The notes under the pieces were generated by a model, which had not been told where the DNA came from, made no database searches, and worked only from the letters and a program-made list of their open reading frames with translations. The position numbers and the translations under genes were made by a program. Positions 27,521 through 39,500 of a stretch of 64,000 nucleotides of DNA are shown here, in pieces. Origin of the DNA: Chiloscyllium plagiosum (lineage: Eukaryota); contig NC_057719.1 in NCBI RefSeq assembly GCF_004010195.1, positions 85,052,558 through 85,116,557 on the forward strand, read 5' to 3'. Numbering within the stretch: the stretch's first letter is position 1; every line of letters begins with the position of its first letter.

Positions 27521-28059
27521 GTATAGTACAATAAAATCAAGCTGTAAATATTTCCAGAATGTCTACAACACAGCTCCACAACATGCTGCCTTTAGTTGTA
27601 TATTTCTGCATTTGTTGCTACAAAACTTAAAGACCGCTAAAATTTCTACTTTTCGGTATTTATGAAAGCAGCATCTTCAAAGCACAGGTAAAAGAAAAAG
27701 TCACAATTGGTAGAAACACATAGCAGTTCAAAAAGTGTGCAAATGAAAGGCCATTGATTGAAATGAAAATCCTGATCTGAATTCTCTAGCTCCAAACTGT
27801 TCCAGGTGATTAAGCACAGATGATTATCAAGGAGGAACTCATAGCTCATGTGAGATGGGGAATTCCCATGTTTGCGTGCAGGAGACTTCAAAACTTGGAG
27901 TAGCATCATCATTGAAAAGAATCAACTTGGTAATCTGCAGCATGGCCGAGAACCACTCAGTTCCAGACGTGGAAGGGGAAATGTGCTTTTTGTTTTAGGT
28001 AATTTATGACAAAATTACAGCAACAATTTTTCATTAGCGACTGCCACCTTCACTTTAGA

Positions 28060-30370
28060 GGGGTGATGACCTACTGGCATTACTGCTAGACTATTACTCC
28101 AGAGAGCTATGATATTTCGAGGACCAGTGTTTGAATCCCAGGATTTTGAATTCAGGAAAAACAAATCTGGAATTAAAGGTCTAATAATGGCCATGAAACC
28201 ATTGTTGATTATTGGAAAAGCCTTTCTGGTTCACTAATGTCCTTTAGGGAGGGACCCTGCATCATTACCTGATTTGGCATACAGATGCTCCAGGCCCACA
28301 GCAGTGTAAGTTGAAGCTGAACTGCCCTTTGAAATAGCCCAGCAAGCCACTCAGTTGTAACAATTGCTAGAAAGTCTCAAAGAAGGAATGAACTCAGATG
28401 GACCACTTGGCATTTACCTAGGCACCAGAAATGACAATGCCAATCACCGCCCTGTTGATGCTGTGAAGTTCTCCATAGTAACCTCTCGGGATAAGTGCCA
28501 ACAAATTAGACAGTTGCCTTGCAGACTAGTAAAGCAACACCCTGATATAGTCATACTCTTGGAGTCATGCTTTATAATGTCCCAGCCACCAGCAGAGGTG
28601 ATGGTACAGTGGTTTACAATTGGTCCAGAATTGTCATGGGAGTCCTCAATTTCGATTCCAGAAATCGTGAAATCTCATGGAACCATGTCAAATACAGGCT
28701 AGGAAATCTCCTGTTGATTAACATGTACCCCCACCCGACGCCCCTATGATCCTCCATGCTGGACCATTTGCAAGAAGCACAGAGGGTAGCAAAGATGCAG
28801 AATGTATTCTGGGTGGGAGATTTCAATGTCCATTACCAAGAGTGGACAGCAGCACCACTGATCAAACTGGTTAAGTCCTAAAGAATATTGCTGGTGGACA
28901 GGGTCTGCAGTAGGTGGTGGGGGAACCAATGAAAGGGAAGAGCCTACCTGACCTCATCCTCACCAATGTGCCTGCTGCAGATGCATCTGTCAATGATAAT
29001 ATCAGTAAGAGTGACCACTATACAGTCCTTACGGAGACAAAGTCTTGCCTTCGCATTGAGAATACCTTACACCGTGTAATGTGGCACTAAAACCGTGCTA
29101 AATGGGATAACACAAGACAGCCGTGAAATGGCCAACAACAGCAGAGTCATATTCCAACCATAGTCTGCAACCTCATGGCTAGGTATATCTCCACTGTTGC
29201 CTTTACCTGATGAAGAGCTTATGTTCAAAACGTCGACTCTCCTGCTCCTTGGATGCTGCCTGACTGGTTGTGCTTTTCCAATACCACACTTTTCGACTCT
29301 CATCTCATTTCCTCCTCCTTTACCATCAAGCCAGGGGATCAACCCTTATACAATGAAGAGGGCCAGGACCTGCATGCCCTTGGCAGAGTGGGAGGGAGAG
29401 TTAAAGTGTTCAGCCACCGGGCAGTGGGTTTGTTTAGTGCGTGTGTCCTAGTATAGTACAATAAAATCAAGCTGTAAATATTTACAGAATGTCAGGAAAA
29501 GTACCAGACATTCCTAAAATGAGGTGCTGACCTGTTGAAACTACATGCAGGACTACTTACATGCCAAACAACATAAATAATAAGTAATACACAGAACTAA
29601 GTGATTCCACAACCAACGGATTGAAGCTCTGCAGTCCTGCCACATCCAGTCAAATGGTGGTGGTGAAATCTACAACTCACTGGAGGAGGTGGCTCCACAA
29701 ATATTGCCAATCTCAATAACAGCCCAACACATCAGTGCAAAAAGGTTGAAGCACTCGCAGCAATCTTCAGCCAGAATTTCTGAGTGCATGCTCCATCTCG
29801 GCCCTCTCCTGTGATTACCTGCACCATAGATTCCAGTGTTCAGCCAATTCGATTCACTGCATGTGATATCAAGAAACAGTTGGAGGCACTGATACTGAAA
29901 AGGCTGTGGGACCTGACAATATTCCAGCAATAGTACAAATATATGCTCCAGAAATTACTGTACTCCTAATCAGTTTATTCCAGTGCAGCTACAACACTGG
30001 TATCTACCTATGTGGAAAATGTCCTATACACAAAAAGCACAACAAATCCAACTTGCTAGTCACTGCCCTATCTGTCTACTCATGATCAGCAGTAAAGTAG
30101 TGGAAGCTATCATCAATGTCAAGCAGCACTTGCTAACAATAATCTGCTCACTGATGATCAGTTTGGGTTCTGCCAAGGCCAGTCAACTCCTGACCTCGTT
30201 ATAGCCTTGGATCACTCATAGATAAAAGAGATGAAATCCACCAGTGAGGTGAGAGGTACAGCCCTTGATATTAAGGTCACATTTGACTGACTTGGCATCA
30301 AGAAGCCCTAACAAAACCAAAGTCAATGAGAATCAGGGGAAAACTCTCCAGTGACACCCACATCCCATGA
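28060..30370 (+). mobile_element. Degenerate endonuclease/RT non-LTR retrotransposon (clade uncertain) with nested insertions
   Basis: QHPDIVILLES, WVGDFNVH, DLILTN and SDH endonuclease motifs; RT domain remnants. Confidence 0.7.
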
Positions 30371-30870
30371 ATGAAATGAGGGAGATCCTGAGAACGGCAG
30401 TATTCAGGAGACAGTTGTACCTACAAGAGAAACAATTATGTCATGTGATCTTTTTCTGACATATGGAAATATGCTTTTGAATACACAATGCTGGCTCTCC
30501 ATCTCCTTCATTTCTCACAGAGTGTACCTTGCAACTTAAACCTTTCTATGCAAGAAATGTAATTAAAATTTGGAGAGTACAACTGCCTTCATTTGCTCCA
30601 ATTGAACAAGTGACCCTTAAACAAAATACTACCATTTTAATATGCTAAGATGTGACTTGGAGGTTACAATATAGTACAGCTCTGAAATGATTGCATGTAC
30701 AGGCCCTATCAGGTAAAATATTGCTCGCAGCTCAAATATCCTCATTTTGTTCAGCTACAGTAGACTGCAAATATCTTCTTTAGCAAGTCTCACTTCCTTT
30801 TGACACATTAGTCCAAACCCCATTTTTAATTATCTGAGAGTCAGAAATAGACATAGATCAAAGAGCATTG

Positions 30871-30990
30871 GCCTATGTCCATGCAAGTCTGAAAATGCCC
30901 GCTCTGGTCTGATCTTGGAAAGCTAAGCAGACTCAGCCTGGTTAATACTTAGTTGGGAGACCACCTGGGAATATCAGTTGCAGTAGGCTT
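30871..30990 (+). pseudogene. Degenerate 5S rRNA copy, probably the head of a 5S+tRNA chimeric SINE extending to ~31100
   Basis: Colinear with 5S rRNA (gcctatgtccat..gctaagcag..cctggttaatact..gggagaccacctgggaata..gtaggctttt) with many substitutions; followed by a tRNA-like segment with B box ggttcaaatccc. Confidence 0.8.
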
Positions 30991-31289
30991 TTGTGATCCT
31001 CTGATGTTGCAGCAGTAGTGTTCCTACCCCTGGATGAGGATGCCGAGGTTCAAATCCCACCTCCTCCTAAGGTGTGTAACAACATCTCTGAACGTTGATT
31101 AGAAAAATAGATTAAATTTTTAAAAAATCAAGGGGGATTTCACGGAAGGGCAGATGTCCTTTTGTCCCAGAGATGTATTGGACAAGCCAGGGTCTATGTC
31201 AAACCAGATAAAAGACTACAATAACCATTTTTGCTGTTGCCCTCTGTGTTTTGTTCACTTAACTGCTGTCCTGTTTGGCCTATGCTAGT

Positions 31290-31612
31290 ATATGATGAAG
31301 AGCTTATGTTCTGCTCCTTGGATGCTGCCTGACCAACTGTGCTTTTCTAGCACCACACTTTTTGACTCTGATCTCCATCATCTGCAGTCCTCACTATCTC
31401 CTATGCTTGAATTGACTGATTTCTATTACAGTTGAAAAATGAGTTGCTGGAAAAGCACAGCAGGTCAGGCAGCATCCAAGGAGCAGGGGAATCGACGTTT
31501 CAGGCATAAGCCCTTCTCCTGCTCCTTGGATGCTGCCTGACCTGCTGTGCTTTTCCAGCAATACATTTTTCAGTTCTGATCTCCAGCATCTGCAGTCCTC
31601 ACTTTCTCCTAG
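31290..31612. mobile_element. Three Penelope terminal-repeat fragments in alternating orientation
   Basis: gatgctgcctgacc..gtgcttttccagc units at 31320 (+), ~31450 (-) and 31530 (+). Confidence 0.85.
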
Positions 31613-31988
31613 TTGATTTCTATTATATCCTCCTTTCTGGCTGCTGACTGATCTCTCATTATTACATGCTTTTATTACATGCAGTTCTACCATTTGGTTG
31701 AAAATAAGGTGCAATGGATTTGCAGAATATCAAGACAAGTACAAAAGCAAGGAAATTACGATGAACCTTAAGTGTTCACCTAAAAGTGGAGTATTGTATC
31801 AATTTCTGGGCATCACACTTTATGATGTGAAAGCCAGAGGGCATAGAAAAGGTTTACAATAGTTTCGGGGCAAGGAGCTTTAGGTTTTGGATAGGTTGCA
31901 GAAGCTGAGTTGTTCAAAGTTTGTGCGAAGATTTGTAGCTCGGGTGCTCGTTGTTGTGGTTCTGTTCGCCGAGCTGGAAGTTTTTGTT

Positions 31989-32028
31989 GCAAACGTTTCG
32001 TCCCCTGGCGAGGCGACATCATCAGTGC
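31989..32028 (-). ncRNA. Minimal type I hammerhead ribozyme in a Penelope terminus
   Basis: GCA-CUGAUGA-U-GUCGCCU(CGCC)AGGGGAC-GAAAC-GUU-UGC: intact core, stem II, stem I GCA/UGC and palindromic ACGU stem III. Confidence 0.75.
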
Positions 32029-32051
32029 TTGGGAGCCTCCCGCGAAGCGCT

Positions 32052-33012
32052 TNNNNNNNNNNNNNNNNNNNNNNNNNNNNNNNNNNNNNNNNNNNNNNNN
32101 NNNNNNNNNNNNNNNNNNNNNNNNNNNNNNNNNNNNNNNNNNNNNNNNNNNNNNNNNNNNNNNNNNNNNNNNNNNNNNNNNNNNNNNNNNNNNNNNNNNN
32201 NNNNNNNNNNNNNNNNNNNNNNNNNNNNNNNNNNNNNNNNNNNNNNNNNNNNNNNNNNNNNNNNNNNNNNNNNNNNNNNNNNNNNNNNNNNNNNNNNNNN
32301 NNNNNNNNNNNNNNNNNNNNNNNNNNNNNNNNNNNNNNNNNNNNNNNNNNNNNNNNNNNNNNNNNNNNNNNNNNNNNNNNNNNNNNNNNNNNNNNNNNNN
32401 NNNNNNNNNNNNNNNNNNNNNNNNNNNNNNNNNNNNNNNNNNNNNNNNNNNNNNNNNNNNNNNNNNNNNNNNNNNNNNNNNNNNNNNNNNNNNNNNNNNN
32501 NNNNNNNNNNNNNNNNNNNNNNNNNNNNNNNNNNNNNNNNNNNNNNNNNNNNNNNNNNNNNNNNNNNNNNNNNNNNNNNNNNNNNNNNNNNNNNNNNNNN
32601 NNNNNNNNNNNNNNNNNNNNNNNNNNNNNNNNNNNNNNNNNNNNNNNNNNNNNNNNNNNNNNNNNNNNNNNNNNNNNNNNNNNNNNNNNNNNNNNNNNNN
32701 NNNNNNNNNNNNNNNNNNNNNNNNNNNNNNNNNNNNNNNNNNNNNNNNNNNNNNNNNNNNNNNNNNNNNNNNNNNNNNNNNNNNNNNNNNNNNNNNNNNN
32801 NNNNNNNNNNNNNNNNNNNNNNNNNNNNNNNNNNNNNNNNNNNNNNNNNNNNNNNNNNNNNNNNNNNNNNNNNNNNNNNNNNNNNNNNNNNNNNNNNNNN
32901 NNNNNNNNNNNNNNNNNNNNNNNNNNNNNNNNNNNNNNNNNNNNNNNNNNNNNNNNNNNNNNNNNNNNNNNNNNNNNNNNNNNNNNNNNNNNNNNNNNNN
33001 NNNNNNNNNNNN
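32052..33012. other. Assembly gap (N run)
   Basis: Ns. Confidence 1.
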
Positions 33013-33819
33013 TACTTTCATGGTTTAGGACTTGGTCTGTGTGTGTGGCTTTCCTGTATACCCTTGTAGTGAGTTCTCCGTTTGGTGTTCTCTGTACCAT
33101 CACGTCTAGGAATGGGAGTTGGTTATCCTTTTCTTCTTCTCTTGTGAATCTGATTCCTGTGAGTGTGGTGTTGATGATCCGGTGTGTTTTTTCTATTTCC
33201 GTGTTTTTAATGATTACAAACGTGTCATCGACATATCTGACCCAGAGTTTGGGTTGAATTTGTGGTAGGACTGTTTGTTCTAACCTTTGCATAACTGCCT
33301 CTGCTATGAGTCCCGAGATTGGTGATCCCATGGGTGTTCCGTTGATTTGTTCGTATATCTGGTTGTTGAATGTGAAGTGTGTTGTGAGGCACAAGTCCAG
33401 TAGTTTAAGTATGCCGTCTTTGTTGATAGGTTCAGCGTCCTGTTTTCTGTTCTGTATGTCCAGTAGGTTGGCTATTGTTTCTCTGGCTAGGGTTTTGTCA
33501 ATCGAAGTGAACAGTGCCGTCACGTCGAATGATATCATGGTTTCTTCGGACACATAACCAGAGCTGACCTACAAAGAATGAAACCGGAAAGCAACAACAC
33601 CCTATGATGCTGGGCCTATGATGCTGGTACCAAAAGAGATATTTATCTTTCTTGAATATACTCAACAACTGAGCATCTGAATCCCTCGGAGGTCCAGATT
33701 TTTTAAGATTTACAACCATCTAAGTGAAGAAATTTCTCCATTTCTGTCCTACGTGATAGAACCTTCACCTTGAGACAATGCACTCCTCTAGGTTCCAGAC
33801 CAGTGGAAATAGCCTCTGG

Positions 33820-34330
33820 TTAAAAAGGCATTTGGCATGTTTGCCTTCATTGCTCAGTCCTTTGATGATAGGAGTTGGGAAGTCATGTTGAGGTTGTACT
33901 GGATATTGGTGAGGCTTCTTCTGGAATACCATGTCCAATTCTGGTCAGTCAGTTAAAGAAAGGATATTATCAAGCTAGAGAGGGTTCAGAAGAGATTTAC
34001 CAGGATGTTGTCGGGCATTAAAGGCATGAGTTATAAAGGCTGAATAGGCTGGGACTTTCTTCACTGGAATATAGGAGGTTGAGAGGAGATCTGATAGAAG
34101 TTTATATAATGAGAGGTACAAATAGAGTTAATGATGCTTCTCTCTTCCCTAAGATGGGAGATTTCAAGACAAGGGGGAACATTTCTATAGTGGAAGGAGA
34201 GAGATTCAAAAAAGACATGAGAACCAATTTTTTCATACAGAGGATGGTTTCCATGTGAAATGAACTTCCTGAGGAAAAAGCAAATCTTAGCAGGACTTAT
34301 ACACTTAAGGGTAAGGTCCTAGGGAGTGTA
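33820..34330 (+). mobile_element. CR1 3' fragment(s)
   Basis: CR1 ORF2 C-terminal sequence plus a short second CR1 piece at 34273-34328. Confidence 0.8.
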
Positions 34331-34599
34331 TCTCGATACAAGGTGTGTTTCACTCCACCGTGGGGAAGGAAACAAGGAAGACATTTTCTAGATGACGTTT
34401 ATTGGTTTACCTATCAATCAATAAATAATGATGGTTAGCAACAGTTCTATGTGGTCAGCAGAAAGGAAAGGATCTTGGCTTTGTGAACTACCACAACTGT
34501 ATACAGAAGGTTTCTAGTCAAAGTGATATATTCTGCAGCAATTCCAGGATTCCAGGAGATGTGCCCTGGCATTGCCATTAGTACAGAATATCATTGATT

Positions 34600-34922
34600 T
34601 TAGATTTTTTTAGATTTGGATTTTAGATTACTTACAGTGTGGAAACAGGCCCTTCGGCCCAACAAGCCCACACCAACCCGCCAAAGCGCAACCCACCCAG
34701 ACCCATTCCCCTACATTTACCCCTTCACCTAACACTACGGGGAATTTAGCATGGCCTATTCACCTAACCTGCACATTTTTTTTTGGACTGTGGGAGGAAA
34801 CTGGAGGAAACCCACGTAGACATGGGGAGAATGTGCAAACTCCACACAGTGAGTCGCCTGAGGCAGAAATTGAAGCTGGGTCTCTGGCGCTGTGAGACAG
34901 CAGTGCTACCCACTGTGCCGTG
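34600..34922 (-). mobile_element. HE1-type SINE
   Basis: Reverse complement of 54994-55305. Confidence 0.9.
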
Positions 34923-35339
34923 GAATGGGCTTCTGTTTTAATGGCAGATTTAGCAAAGTCCGAAATCTGAAGAAAGCACCAGGTAAAGGTTACTCAAAGT
35001 TACTACACAGCAAAGAGAGGGAGCATTGGGAGCAACAATGGACTGTTTAGCATAAAGACTGTATATTCATGGAAAATGCAATGTATGAGAAATATTGTCA
35101 TGATAATGGATCAAACTCTGAACACATACTGAAATTTTAATTAAGTGTTATTTTTATGAAAAAAGTACAGCCAAAAGATAACTATGGATGTAAGTTTAGT
35201 GGCTATTTGAAGACAAATGCTGGAATGTCAGATGTTAAGACATCATGGGAACGGTAAACAGAACCCTTTAATAGGAACGAGGCAAGTCAAAACAAACTTG
35301 ACAATAATTTCCAGTGGCTAAGGGTTGAAGTGTTGAAGC

Positions 35340-35605
35340 AAGCCACTTAACCCATTTAGTCCACACCAATGCTCTGAAGAGCGTCCCACCCAGACCTACT
35401 CTATCCCTGTAATGCTGCATTTCTCATGGCTAATCCACCTAGCCTGCACATCTTTGGACTGTGGGAAGAAACCGGAGCACCCAGAGGAAACACACATAGA
35501 CACAGGGAGAATGTGCAAACCCCTGAGTACCCGAGGGTAGTATTGAACCCCAGTCCCTGCCACTGTGATGCATCAGTGCTAACCATTGAGCCATCTTGCT
35601 GCCCC
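35340..35605 (-). mobile_element. HE1-type SINE, older
   Basis: cctgcacatctttggactgtggg body and tRNA-like head. Confidence 0.8.
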
Positions 35606-36305
35606 GAAATGACAGTCATTTCCTGTGGAATACATCCTAAGGTGCAGACATGTTGATGTGTTCTCCTTTTCAAGAACCAGCTTCAATCAGCTTAAAAGCC
35701 AGCTTCAATCCTGGTCCGGGTTTAAAGTGGGCAAAGTCGTATGCTGCAAGGGTCATTGCAGAGAAAGCCTTTAGTCATCCCTTTGCTGCAGATAAAATGA
35801 AATGGAGTGTCTCCTATTGCTGAGGACCAGAATGTTAGCAAAAAACTTAGCAAAAGTTAAAAGGGAAAAGAACAAAGCCTTTCAGCTGACCTGCAAAGCT
35901 AAACAAATGAAAATCAACTGCTTACATTCCAACATTAGCGCTACTTACATCAGACAATGCAGTTTCTGTCATGTCCCATCACCTAATTTTCAAGAAACTT
36001 GGACACTCATCTACGTTCTTTTTTTAAACATCTTTTTTGGATTCCCCTCATCTCTAATCTGTGTATTCCTGTATTGCATTATTATTTCCTTTCACATTTA
36101 GAAACCAAATGTACTCTTTCCTTAACTCAGGAAAGACTGGTTAAATGGCCTGTTTTAAAATAAAAATTAATTAGTCTAACAGAAATGCACGCACAAGGGA
36201 AGTGACCCTTTCCAAATTAACCTAGTTACAACCAACCAAGGAGGCAGTTGAATAAAGAAAGAAAGCCAATTCATTTCTCCTCACCTGGCAGCTTTAAAGT
36301 TTAGG

Positions 36306-36506
36306 AGACAGTGAGGACTGCAGATGCTGGAGATCAGAGCTGAAAATGTGTTGCTGGAAAAGCACAGCAAGTCAGGCAGCATCCAAGGAGCAGGAGAATC
36401 GACGTTTCGGGCATGAGCTCCTGAAGAAGGGCTCATGCCCGAAACGTCAATTCTCCTGCTCCTTGGATGCTGCCTGACCTGCTGCGCTTTTCCAGCAACA
36501 CATTTT
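36306..36506. mobile_element. Fold-back Penelope terminal-repeat insertion with 17-bp TSD and hammerhead core at 36421-36448
   Basis: cagctttaaagtttagg at 36289-36305 and 36507-36523; CUGAAGA-AGGGCUCAUGCCC-GAAAC-GUC. Confidence 0.88.
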
Positions 36507-39500
36507 CAGCTTTAAAGTTTAGGGCATCTTGTCTAGAACCATAATAAATTGGGGAATCAAGCACAATACTAGCCTTACAATATAAATTGTGAATTTTCCT
36601 CTCTTTTGTCCACAAAAAAAATAAAATTTTGTAAAAGTATTTTTTTGTAATTTGTTCTTGTAAATGTGAAATTATGAAAGCATTCCTTCATCCATTAACG
36701 TTAAGATCAATTTTTTTTTTTAAAAAGTGATCAGTCTCTATGGGGATTGAAACATTGTAGAGAGGAACTTTGATTATCCAAATTTCAGGCAATCCGAAGA
36801 AAATTTCAAGGTCCGCCAAAATGTTACATCAAAGAGTTAAGTGTATTTGATTTACCTGTACTGAAGAACATGTGAAAACACTGGCAAAAACAAAGAAACA
36901 CAAGCAGGTTCTGGATATTTTTTAGTAAGGATTGTTACACAGCCTTTTGCAAAAGTAAGTGTTCTGCAGTATCTCTGTCACTTTACCTCCCAGGCCATTC
37001 ATGGAAAAAAGAACTGAGAACGTAAACACATGCGCAAGGCTGAATTCCTGGAAACTGACAAATGCTCTTGCAACCATAGACGCTGTTAGGGACCTTGCTT
37101 AATGCGGTCTTCATCACTCCTTGCCAAATGCTAACTACTGTTGCATTTTTAAAGTTTTCTTGTGTTATCATTGATTTATTTTGTTCATCATATGAAATCT
37201 GTGTCTTCTTGTGCTCAATGCATTAAAATTATAGATTTAAACAATTTAATAAAGAATGAAAAATACCATGTTTTGTTTTTCCACGTTCTTTACAGAGTAC
37301 AAGGGCTGCCCAAATATTAGGAAAAATAGGAGGCTGGCGATTTATACATCTAACATTTTAGCTACCAAACTAAGTTTAATGGAATTTTACTCTTGTTCTA
37401 TAAAGTTATGAGGTAGAAAACACAGATGCTCAAATATATTTCTAATCTAGACCTCTGAACCATTTTAATGATGCAGACCAATAACTTTTGTGAAAAAAAA
37501 ACAGAAATTGTTTGAAAACTCAGCAGGTCTGCTAGCATCTGTAGACAGAAAACAGAATTAACGTTTTGGGTTTAGTGACCCTTCTCCAACAACTTTGTGA
37601 ATGTGCTTTGACTGACTCCAATTTTTCTGATCTGTCAGATACTCCCAATAAATCAATGGTTAGAAAGGATCTTGCATAGTGATCATCAAAGTGATAATCC
37701 AGAGTTCAGCAATGAGAAATAGCTAGCAGTGAAGGCTCAGGTAAGATAGGACTGAATAGGTTTTGATCGAAGAAAAAACACAGGTGAATTATGGCATTGG
37801 AACCTTTCGGGCAAAAATTACAATTCGAAAAACACTAAAGTAGTTTCCTTACAAGTTAAGAGCAAGCAGAAAAAAAATCTGGAGTTGCTTAAGCCATTAA
37901 AATAAACGATAAATGGAGATTCTAACATTTTCTGCTGTGAAAAACACCAGATTATTCTGCTGCCAACAACCATGGAAAATGAATTGATGGTTGCTAAGTA
38001 AATCAGGGGCCCTTACAAAGCAGAACATGGGAATTCACTTGGCTGCTCCAGGCAGAATGTTCTTAATATGGCAATTATCATAGATTATTCTTTTCCCCAA
38101 AGGATAAAGACATTTGTGAAAAGCGAACAAATTATGCACATTCCTCCGTTTAATAAATCTCAGTTTTCTTGGTCTGCTGTGTTAATATAAGGACACAGAC
38201 ACTATGCACAAAATATCTGCTTTGAATTGGTGCTAATTGGGCAAGAAAACTGATTTTCACACCCATTTCTTCCAGTGTATTCTGGCACCTATTTTCTCTC
38301 TTCTATTTCACTCTTAAATCAATCAACTTAGATGTCATGATTCTGGTCACTTGTTTAATACTATAACGTATTTTTCATTTATTCAACTAAGTAGATCCAA
38401 ACAACAAATACAGTATTTTAATATGACTGATTTTGATGTTTATACTCCTGCCATGTTCCTTAATCTATCAACATTAGAAGTTTGAAACTATAATTGTGCA
38501 CTTCTGTGTACTATATGTAACAAGATCTTCACTTCAGATTCTTGACTTGTTCAAATATAAACAAAACAGAATAAAGCTCTGTACATGCCACAATCATTCA
38601 GTATTTAATTGCATGAGTGTATTTCGTACCCCCTGTCACTACATAGCTCTGGATACCTTACATGCAGACAACAGACAAAAGGTAATGTTTTAAACATATT
38701 TCCAGAAATGTTTTGTACAGTCACTGCAGGAGAGTGAGTTATCAGGATTTTTCTCACAAGCTAAAAATTATTGGAAACTCAACACTAGGCAATGTACTGA
38801 TGGTTTGTAACAGTCAGTCAAAAGTGTGAGCCAAAGAGCCGTTGAAATGTTTCCTCTGCTAAAACTGGTCAATTTCTCAAGATTTAATACTTTGACAATT
38901 AATTGAAGGAATAGAAAAAAAATTGCATTGTTCTCCAAAATGTCTGTTTTCCATCAGAATTTAGGGGGCAAAGGCGATGAAAGATCATTGTAGAATTGGG
39001 GCTGTGGTGCGGGATGGGTGGGGGAGAAGTGTTGAGGGCGAGTGGTGGGACAGATTCTATGTGGACCCCCCAAGGTCAGAAATTAAAATATTTCACCTAC
39101 TTTGGCTTCTTCCAACCCTGTTGTTCCTCCTTACCATGATTCAATGTGCTAACTCAGAATCATGTTTCAACTCTGTGACATTTACATTTTAATCAAGCCC
39201 TCTTTTCCCAAGTGGTGGATGGCTTCTAGGCTGCCATAATCCTGGCAGTTCAAACACTGGAGAGAGGCAGGAATGCCGCTAGAATAGAATGACTCCCATT
39301 CAGACACTGTTTAACTACAACCATCCTGCCCCATTGCTATCTGCACCATTTCTGCCAGAGTGGCAGGATTAAAATCTTCCCTTACATTTCTTCGTAATAG
39401 GGAACACGTTGCACGGTGTAGATTGTAAGTAGCTGACATGTTTACAGGGTGAATGATGCACACAAGTACAGTGAATATAAGTTCTCTTTCTCTTTTCTTC

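Larger units (their letters stand above)
31917..33553 (-). mobile_element. Young Penelope-like retroelement (RT, terminal hammerhead) spanning an assembly gap
   Basis: Open RT: SFDVTALFTSID, GTPMGSPIS, WVRYVDDTF, LPFLDV, VYRKATHT; CpG-rich. Confidence 0.92.

Noticed and set aside
30871..30990. Functional 5S rRNA gene
   Set aside because: Single copy with many substitutions and fused to a SINE-like segment; called a pseudogene instead.
31813..33257. Long ORFs of 372-557 aa in the ORF track
   Set aside because: Artefacts of translating through the N gap; only the Penelope RT part (33553-33013) is real.
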